The translations under genes and the position numbers were made by a program. 64,000 nucleotides of DNA from an uncultured Desulfospira sp. (GTDB lineage Bacteria; Desulfobacterota; Desulfobacteria; Desulfobacterales; Desulfobacteraceae): positions 416,001-480,000 of the forward strand of contig OY760175.1 in the NCBI GenBank assembly GCA_963663165.1, read 5' to 3'. This document shows, piece after piece, positions 40,400-48,300 of the stretch; the stretch's first letter is position 1, and the number at the start of each line of letters is the position of its first letter. The notes beneath the pieces were generated by a model. That model was not told the origin of the DNA, made no database searches, and saw nothing but the letters and a program-made list of their open reading frames with translations.

Positions 40400-40906
40400 A
40401 TGGTAAAAACAGAAGATCTCAAACGAATCAATATGCTCAAGGACGTTCCTGACCATTTGCTTGACATCATTGGCCGGGAGGCAAACCTGAATATTTTTGG
40501 GGCCAATACCCAGTTGTTTGAAATTGGGGATTCCATTGATACCTTTTATATGATGATCATGGGCCAGGTGGCCTTAAAAATGTCCCTGACCGAGGATATT
40601 GATGTCATCCTGGATAATCTCCAGGCTGGGCGCACGTTTGGATCTTCTTCCCTTATTGAAGGCTCAAAGGCGACCTATACGGCGGTATGCCAGGAACCCT
40701 GTGAAGTGATTACCTTAAGCGGGGCAAGGATGCTTGAGCTTTTTGAGATTAATAAGGAGCTGGCCTACTTTTTCATGGTAGGCGTGGCCGGCCAGTACAA
40801 ACGGAACATGGAAAGACGGGCCAGAATGATCATGGAGACCCTGGAAGATTATCCGGATCTTAAACAGGGGATCCAGGATATCAGCCATCTGACGCCGTCA
40901 TTTTAA
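40400..40906 (+). CDS. Stand-alone cyclic-nucleotide-binding-fold protein
   Basis: LKRINML...FYMMIMGQV...GRTFG; no HTH. Confidence 0.8.
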   Translation: MVKTEDLKRINMLKDVPDHLLDIIGREANLNIFGANTQLFEIGDSIDTFYMMIMGQVALKMSLTEDIDVILDNLQAGRTFGSSSLIEGSKATYTAVCQEPCEVITLSGARMLELFEINKELAYFFMVGVAGQYKRNMERRARMIMETLEDYPDLKQGIQDISHLTPSF

Positions 40907-40910
40907 TTTA

Positions 40911-40992
40911 GGGGATTAGGCTGAAGGGGATCAGGCTGAAGACGGCGGGATTTTCAGCCCTAACAGCCTTCAGTCAAAACGCCTTCAGCCTA
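40911..40992. repeat. 15-mer palindromic repeat
   Basis: ggggattaggctgaa ggggatcaggctgaa ... ttcagtc...ttcagccta. Confidence 0.75.
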
Positions 40993-41012
40993 CATAAACA
41001 GGGAACATCACA

Positions 41013-41501
41013 ATGGTTGACACCACCGAACTGAGAAAAATAAATTTCATGCGGGACATGCCCCAGGAAGTCTTAGAAAAAATCAGCACCGTAGCCTGCC
41101 TTGAAGCCTTTGGCGAAGAGTCCATTCTCCTTCGCCAGGGGGACAGGCAGGAGCGGATTTTTATGCTGGTATCGGGAAAAATATACCTGAACTGCCGGGC
41201 TTCCACCGGTCTTGCCCTGACCCTGGATGAGGTGAATCCGGGTCAGTCTTTTGGTGTTTCTTCCCTTCTGGACAGTTTCCCGTCCACCTATTCAGCCATC
41301 TGCGTGACGGACAGTACCGTCATAACCCTGGATTCACAGCACTGCCTTGACCTGATCCGGTCCAACTATGACATCGGCTACCAGGTCATGAAACAGGTGG
41401 TCAAAAAATTCAAAAACCGGATGAACCGCCATACCCAGGTGTTCATGAAAGCCTTAGCGGTTCATCCGGCCATCCGGCAGCCTGAAAAAACAGGCCATTA
41501 A
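41013..41501 (+). CDS. Stand-alone cyclic-nucleotide-binding-fold protein (paralog)
   Basis: LRKINFM...RQGD...IFMLVSGKI...GQSFG; no HTH. Confidence 0.8.
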   Translation: MVDTTELRKINFMRDMPQEVLEKISTVACLEAFGEESILLRQGDRQERIFMLVSGKIYLNCRASTGLALTLDEVNPGQSFGVSSLLDSFPSTYSAICVTDSTVITLDSQHCLDLIRSNYDIGYQVMKQVVKKFKNRMNRHTQVFMKALAVHPAIRQPEKTGH

Positions 41502-41518
41502 CAGACGGGTGATTATCA

Positions 41519-42172
41519 CTAAGTCAAATTTTGTGGGGCAAATACGTTTCTGATGCCCAGGGCTGTCGCACTGAAACAGCCGGACTGGTCTATTTTGTTG
41601 GCGTATTCGTCAGCCCAGGACACCATTTTGCGGTACTGCCCCTGTTCTCTATCAGTCCCTCCGCCTTGGTTTCCTACCCGGAATCCGTTGATCGTATTTT
41701 TAGCGAAATCAAACATGGAACCACCATTGAGACTCTGGCTTACAAAAGGCCTCATATTTTGACGGACAGGCTCAAGCAGTCCATCAAACAAATCACGGGG
41801 GGCTTTCCGGCTCCCAGAGGTAAACATTCGTTTAAGGGGGTTCATGCCGACGGCCTGGGCCTGAGGAAGGGCAATTTTCGTTACGTAATTTTGTCTATAC
41901 GCCTGGTAATTATTTGCGCCGCCGATACTCTCTTGCTTGACGGAAAGGTATTGGATTGCCCACTGGTCCGTAGATGTATGGCCCTGTGGCTGGGCCGTTT
42001 CCAGAAAAAGACCATGAATAAAGGCGGCCTTGGTTTTTGATGGGTGGGCCCGATAATGCATTGCACAGATGAAAAATACGATTGAATTTACTTTGTTTCC
42101 TGTAACTGAGGCCACCTGAATCAGGCCGCGCGCGCCATTTGGCGTCTTGGCCAATTGATCAATCATCTTCAT
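41519..42172 (-). CDS. Hypothetical protein with RGS-domain-like motif pattern
   Basis: 217-aa ORF with AAGGAG RBS (start may be Met3); see findings. Confidence 0.6.
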   Translation of the reverse strand: MKMIDQLAKTPNGARGLIQVASVTGNKVNSIVFFICAMHYRAHPSKTKAAFIHGLFLETAQPQGHTSTDQWAIQYLSVKQESIGGANNYQAYRQNYVTKIALPQAQAVGMNPLKRMFTSGSRKAPRDLFDGLLEPVRQNMRPFVSQSLNGGSMFDFAKNTINGFRVGNQGGGTDREQGQYRKMVSWADEYANKIDQSGCFSATALGIRNVFAPQNLT

Positions 42173-42404
42173 TCTCCTTGTAAATCTTATTTAAGATCAG
42201 CAGTAATCATTAAGCCGGATAATTACTGAATCTGAACCGGCTATGAATCACGAAACAGCAACGTTCAGCCATATAAACTGTTCAGGATAAACACTTATAA
42301 TTCATGCCGCTCTGGTGGTTTGGGCTTGAATCTTTACAACAAATTACAATTAATTTCTACCACAGGCAATACTTAAAATATTTTTTCTGATGAGAAATCC
42401 AACA

Positions 42405-42439
42405 ACAAACGGCCTTTGATATTTTCAAAGGCCGTTTGT
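42405..42439. terminator. Hairpin, probable terminator after the inverted mrp paralog
   Basis: acaaacggcctttga-tattt-tcaaaggccgtttgt, 15-bp perfect stem. Confidence 0.65.
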
Positions 42440-42482
42440 AACTCATTTATGTATACGTTAATTGATTTATTTTTTGGCGTTT

Positions 42483-44255
42483 TCAGGTAAGGATCACCAC
42501 AAAGAGAATAAAGGAAACCGCGACAGCCGCCCCGACGCCGATGGGAACCGTGCCGTGGGTAAGGTCATCGTAAAGCCGTTGTTTCTTATAGGAAAGCTGT
42601 TTACCCCGGTGGCCCGTCAACAGCCAGAAATTGACGGCAAAAAACAGGGAAATATAAACAGCGGTCTGTTTGAAAAATAACGCCACCTCCTTGACCGCCT
42701 TCATAAGGGCTTTTTCCGAAGCAAGATTCAGGGAATTAAATCCCTTGTCCATAAAGTTGTAAGCCCATACCCCGAATTTTCTGTAAAACCAGTCGGCATC
42801 CAGGTTTTTGCTCCTGACTTCAGGGATGTAATATCCGGACAGGATCAGGAGGGTAAAGGCAAAAGCCCCGAACAGCAGCAGCTGAAGCTGGCCGATGACG
42901 TGGGCACCGGTATAGGGTTGATAATGCACAGTATATGGCAGCAGGTGGTAAAGGGGCTGGTAAAATACCCCTAAGCCCACACACAAAAAGGCGGCCATTC
43001 CCATGGCAATGAGCATGTTCAACGGGGGCTCCTTGGCCCTGATACCGGAATCGTGTCCGAAAAAGGTGAAAAAAGGCACCTTGATGCCGGCATGGTCCAC
43101 AACGCCGGTGGAGGCGAACTGGAGAACCAGCCAGATCAAAAATATTCTTTCATGGGCTGAGGCGGACACAATCATGGACTTGGAGACAAATCCGGAAAAC
43201 AACGGAAATGCCGATATGGACGCGGCCCCGATCATGCAGAACAGGCAGGTCAAGGGCATGGTTTTATAAAGCCCTCCGATTTCCGTACACTTGATCTTGC
43301 CGGTCATCTGAAGGACTGATCCGGCCGCCATAAACAACAGGGCCTTGTAGATAATGTGGCAAAAGGCATGGGCGCAGGCCCCGTTTAGAGCAAGTTCGGT
43401 GCCGATGCCCACCCCGACCAGCATAAACCCGACCTGGTTGATCAGGCTGTAGGAAAGGACCCGGCGGATGTCGTTTTCCAGAACCGCGTAAAAGATGGGA
43501 ATGGATACCATCAGGGCACCGATGACGATGAGCAGGTCGGTGCCGGGAAAGGTTCTGATTAAAAGATAAACCGCTGATTTGGTGGTAAAGGCGCTCAAAA
43601 ACACTGTGGAGGTCGGCGTGCCCATGGGATAGGCATCAGGCAGCCAGGCATGCAGTGGGATGGCGGCGGCATTCAGGGCGATGCCGATAAAAATGAACCA
43701 GGAGCAGGCATCGGTCAGCCCAATATAGTCAAAGCTGGCGCTTCCGGTCTTATGGATGTAAAAAATAATGCCTGCCAGAAGGATCAGGCCCCCCACCAGG
43801 TGGACCATCAGGTATCGGAACCCGGCCTCCCTGGATTCCCGGGTCCGGGGTGCAATGACCAGAAAGGTGGATGCAATGGCCATGATTTCCCAGAACACAT
43901 AAAGGGTAAGAAGGTCCCCGGCCAGCACCACCCCGAGGGTGGAACCGGCATAGACCAGGGCCGATACATGCTGGAGGTTGTCCTCTACCTTTAAGGCAAA
44001 CAACACCCCTATAAAGGCCATGATGCTGAAAATCAATAAAAATATTCTCGACAGCTTGTCGATTCGCCCCAGGATCAGGTCAATGCCTGAAAAGCTGTAA
44101 GTCCAGCAGTTTCCCATGGGCAGGTTAATGACGGTCAAAAAGACGGCCGCCGGCAGAAAAAGCATGTATGCCTGTTTGGATTTCCCCTTGAAAAAGGGGA
44201 TCAGCAGGGCACCGAACACCAGGATAAGACCGGGATGAATCAGATTAGTTGTCAT
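42483..44255 (-). CDS. Mrp large subunit, paralog of 38598-40388
   Basis: HAWLPDAYP; SAFTTKSAVY; same C-terminus GTVPIG(I/V)GAAVAVSFI. Confidence 0.9.
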   Translation of the reverse strand: MTTNLIHPGLILVFGALLIPFFKGKSKQAYMLFLPAAVFLTVINLPMGNCWTYSFSGIDLILGRIDKLSRIFLLIFSIMAFIGVLFALKVEDNLQHVSALVYAGSTLGVVLAGDLLTLYVFWEIMAIASTFLVIAPRTRESREAGFRYLMVHLVGGLILLAGIIFYIHKTGSASFDYIGLTDACSWFIFIGIALNAAAIPLHAWLPDAYPMGTPTSTVFLSAFTTKSAVYLLIRTFPGTDLLIVIGALMVSIPIFYAVLENDIRRVLSYSLINQVGFMLVGVGIGTELALNGACAHAFCHIIYKALLFMAAGSVLQMTGKIKCTEIGGLYKTMPLTCLFCMIGAASISAFPLFSGFVSKSMIVSASAHERIFLIWLVLQFASTGVVDHAGIKVPFFTFFGHDSGIRAKEPPLNMLIAMGMAAFLCVGLGVFYQPLYHLLPYTVHYQPYTGAHVIGQLQLLLFGAFAFTLLILSGYYIPEVRSKNLDADWFYRKFGVWAYNFMDKGFNSLNLASEKALMKAVKEVALFFKQTAVYISLFFAVNFWLLTGHRGKQLSYKKQRLYDDLTHGTVPIGVGAAVAVSFILFVVILT

Positions 44256-44490
44256 AGTAGTCCTCTTTTCTCATGATGAATTTTCTTAAAATTTTGGCGA
44301 TGAATATGAGGGAAACGTAAGAGATAAAGCCATACACGGCATAAAATCCAAAGAAATGGGCCACATGGAATTCAGCGTGCATGTCCACAAGTCCTTCACC
44401 AAGAAGCACAAGGACTAATGCGATAAAAAATCCTGTTCTGAGTCGACGTACATTTTCCGGCTTGTCAAAAATCGTTAATTCTTTTCTCAT
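44245..44490 (-). CDS. Small 2-TM Mrp-associated protein, paralog of 38336-38608
   Basis: ATG at 44490 after GGAG; FDKPENVRRL...RKEDYYDN. Confidence 0.85.
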   Translation of the reverse strand: MRKELTIFDKPENVRRLRTGFFIALVLVLLGEGLVDMHAEFHVAHFFGFYAVYGFISYVSLIFIAKILRKFIMRKEDYYDN

Positions 44491-44512
44491 TTTCAGCTCC
44501 TTTACTTGATTT

Positions 44513-44650
44513 TCAGTGAAGATGGGTGAAGATGTAGATAAAGTAGGCCACTGCCACACACAGGACAATGTGAAAAACAGTCTTGAATCCGGGGGTTTCC
44601 CCATGTTCAAGCACTTCATATGTTTCGTTTCTGAACGTCTTGGTTTTCAT
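44513..44650 (-). CDS. 45-aa single-TM microprotein, paralog of 38020-38154 (absent from ORF track)
   Basis: MKTKTFRNETYEVLEHGETPGFKTVFHIVLCVAVAYFIYIFTHLH. Confidence 0.75.
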   Translation of the reverse strand: MKTKTFRNETYEVLEHGETPGFKTVFHIVLCVAVAYFIYIFTHLH

Positions 44651-44812
44651 AACTCTTTTTCTCCAGCGGTTCATTTCGGGGTAAAATTTGACCCGGTTCG
44701 GTCAAGGAATCGGACGGCCCCAGGACGTAAGTCACCAGTCCCAGGCCCACCAAGGTTGGATTAAACATCTGATCCAGCCTGGTGACGGTTGGGTGTTAGG
44801 GAGCCTTCCTTT

Positions 44813-44973
44813 AGGAACTCGGAAAGAAATAAATCCCCCATCTTGCTTGCCTTTTTGTCCGTCTCCTGCGTTACGCCAAAGGGCACATATATATAATATG
44901 CTCCCTTTGACGTGCCTTGGATACGAACAAAAATTCGGCGCAATATGATGGCATTTATTTCTTCCGAGTCCCT
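44813..44973 (-). repeat. ~160-bp structured palindromic element (copy C, divergent)
   Basis: Minus strand: ctcggaagaaataaat...CAAGGC-stem-AGC...GT-stem-AACGCAG...atttatttctttccgag. Confidence 0.75.
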
Positions 44974-45364
44974 TAAAAAGGGACAGGTTTGCTGCTGGAA
45001 TGACCATGTCACCACCCTTTGAAAGATGCGTTCTGCATCTGTTTTAAGGACAGCGGATAGTGAATCCTAAGGGGTTCTAATTTTTAGAACTTCCGCAGTT
45101 AAATGAAATGAATTTGATAGTGAAAACGATGGAGAATTTGAAAACCAGGTGTGTGTAAAAAAAAGAAAACGATTTTAAATCTAATGTGAATGCCAATGCT
45201 AATATTCGTTCGCGTCTAATTGGGTATAGGCAGATCTCCTTTGTGTTTGGATTTTGTACCGCTTTGTTTTTTCAAGCTGTCGTTTTAATCAATGGCAGGG
45301 CCGACCCGTTGGATCGGCCCTTATTGTTTTCTATCTTAGTGGTTTAAAAAATTCAAATCTTTTT

Positions 45365-48300
45365 TTAATCCATTGGCGGGGCAGGCTGGTCATAAATGGC
45401 GGGCCCGGACAAAAAACCTTCTGGTTTGGCACCGGTCACCATTTCTTGAGGCAGAAAAGAAACCATAAAATCTTTCATTTCATAAATGCAGATGCCGTCA
45501 ACGGTTAACGCCCCGTCAGCTGTGGCAGAAAATTGATTTGATCCGGCCTCAACGCCTTTGATGTGGGCATGGATGGTCACCTGTTTGTTGGACGGGATAA
45601 TCTGTCCTCTGTATATCCACTGGTGAGAGCGGCCCAAGGGAAGTAATACCTCGCTGCTTGAGGGATCAATGTTAAATTTTTTGACCAGAAAGTACCGGAT
45701 CATCTGGATAAAGGACTCAAGGCCAAGGGAGCCAGGGCAGACCGGGTCCTGGTAAAAATGAGCGTGAAAAAACCATTCATCCGGGTCAACCAGTTTTTGA
45801 GCCCTGATATACCCCTGGTCATAAAGCCCCCCATCCATATCCAGGATTTCGATGGTGTCAATCATCCGAAGGGCTTTGGCCGGCATCCCTGAGTCGGGGC
45901 TTTTGCCGTCATCATTGGGGGTTAAGGGGGCATCATCCTGGAAAACCACCGGGGTTTCGTCATTGGGATTCGGCTCATAGGCAGCCAAAAGATTGTCCTT
46001 TATTCCCACTTGATTGGCCAGGGCTTTTGCCGTAAAAAATCCAAAGTTGGTTTTTCCCTGGTAGACCATCTTATCTTTGCACAACACTTCCATGTCAAAA
46101 TTCTGGATAATCATGCCGCCGGCTTTGGACACCTCGGTCATCTTGCAGCGGACCGTTAATGTACCGGTATCGGCGGTCACCTGAGACAGAATGGCGGCGT
46201 TTCCGCCAAGGTTTCTAAAGTGAAGCCGGTCCGGGCTCTCAAGGGCGGAACCAGCAAAGGCGGCCAGCCATCCGCAGGGCTGAAGGGCAATTTCAAGCAG
46301 AATGCAAAAGGGCATGGTGGATGTCCGGTTGGCTTTGAAATACCAGGCGTCCTGGGGGACATCATACTCGGTTTCAATCCAGCCGCCAGGTTTCATTTCC
46401 CACTGGGGATGGTCGGCCAGCAGGACCCGGTCCATAAAAAAATAAGGCGGCCGGGGCAGCCGCGCAATCTGCCGTTGTTCATCAAAAATTTTATATTTTT
46501 CCCCAAAGGCTTCAGAAGGATTGCCCTGGGCAAATGCCAGGATGGATTTCCGGTCAAACAAAGGGGCAGGGGGCGAAAACTTACGGGTAAGCGACGGGGC
46601 TATGACCGCCTCAAATCCGGTGATGCCGGCCAATACGGTTCCCTGGTGATCCAGAAAGGTAAAATACCCTTTAATTTTATGGCGGGTCTGCTCATTCACG
46701 GTGAACAGAATCCGGACAGGCCCGTCCTGGATTTTTGTATAGGATGAATACAGGCGAAGCCCTGCCAGGAAACTGGGCAGACAGACCTGTTTTGTTGTTT
46801 CCCAGGTCCAGAGAATGGCGGCCTGGAAGGCGGCATCCAGCAGCATGGGGTCAATGGTCCAGGATTTTGAATGGGGGGTTTTGTACCACTTTTGGGTTTC
46901 AGGGGCGGTCAGCGCAAAGACTTCAATGCCTTTGGCAGATACCCCTTTAATCCGGGTGATACACTCAAGATCTTTCCCATGAAACAACACCTGCTCATAG
47001 GCCTGGGCGATGGTCAGGGACGGCTCGTGCAGATCCATGGTAATGGTCTTGGACAGTACGGGCGGTTCAGGCAGGCTGTCGGTTAATATGCAGGTCCCGG
47101 CGGCATGGCGGATTTCCTGTTGGCCGCAGGTTGAGGTCAGGATGCCGGAACAGCCGTATCCGTTATCTTCAGGGGTGCATTTGGTCACCTTGAGGGTCAG
47201 GTCAATGCCATTGTCTGAAGATCCATCCGCTGTGGGCCGAACACCCTTTAGCAGCCTCATGTTGTCCATTCCGGAAAAGACCAGGCCGGGGTTGTTTTTT
47301 TCAGCGCCATGGGCCATGAGCTCAATTAGCAGGGCAAAGGGAACCACGGGAAGGCCGTCTATGGTGTGGGCGTCAAGGATGGGGACCTGGCCGGTTGAGA
47401 AGTTTTGGGTCAGCACCCTGGTGTAATGTTTGGGGGAGGGCAGATGATCCTTTCCTTTTCCCGGGGTCAGGCCGCCGCCAATGACAATTTCCACCGCTGT
47501 GGGTCTGGCCGCAGCCATTTCCCGGGTCAGGCAGGCGGCACCGGCGTTGACAGGAATCAGGTCAATGCCTTTTCGCTGGAATTCTTTTTTTAAGGACGGA
47601 TTGACCATGCCCGCCTCCCAGGGTCCCCAGTTGATGGATACCACCCGGGTCTCGGGATTTTTGCGGGCAAACCAGGCCGCCGTCTTGTTAAGTGCCTCGT
47701 TGGCTGCGGCATAGTCGGATTGTCCGGTGTTTCCGGTCCGGGCCGCAATGGATGAAAATAAGGCAAGGTATCTGACCGGATCGGATTTGGTCAGGGAAAG
47801 CAAGGTATACAAACCGGTGACCTTTGTGGAAAAGACCGTTTCAAATTGCTGATCGGATTTATCAACGATAAGCTTGTCGGCCACCACCCCTGCGCCGTGA
47901 ATAAGGGCACTGACCGGTCCTAAGGTTTCACGGATACGTGAAAATACGGGGGCCAGTTTTTCTTTATCCCGGATGTCAACGCTGAAATAGACCCCTTTGG
48001 CATTCAGGCGGTTGATCCGATCCAGGGTGGCAAGGATTTCCCGGTTGGCAGCAAGGCGTTTATACCGGGCCTCAATATCCGAGGGTTTGGGCTTAAGGTC
48101 TTTGAATTCATTGACCAGTATGGCTTTTTTCAAGCCGGGCGCATCCGAAATTCCGTTGGCCCATGAAGGCTCTTCAAAGGGTTCCGGGGACCGGCCGAGA
48201 AGAACAATGGTACAGCCCGTTTCTTTGGCCAGCCTGATGGCGCATTGGGCGGTAACCCCCCTGGCTCCGCCGGTGATGACGGCCACCTCTCCTGTTTGAA

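Noticed and set aside
41531..42040. 169-aa plus-strand ORF
   Set aside because: Antisense to the longer RBS-bearing ORF at 41519-42172; non-ATG start and no motifs
44732..45015. ORFs of 84 and 91 aa, one with LSLFKGL reminiscent of a cNMP-domain start
   Set aside because: Mostly made of the palindromic repeat element at 44813-44973; no further domain motifs
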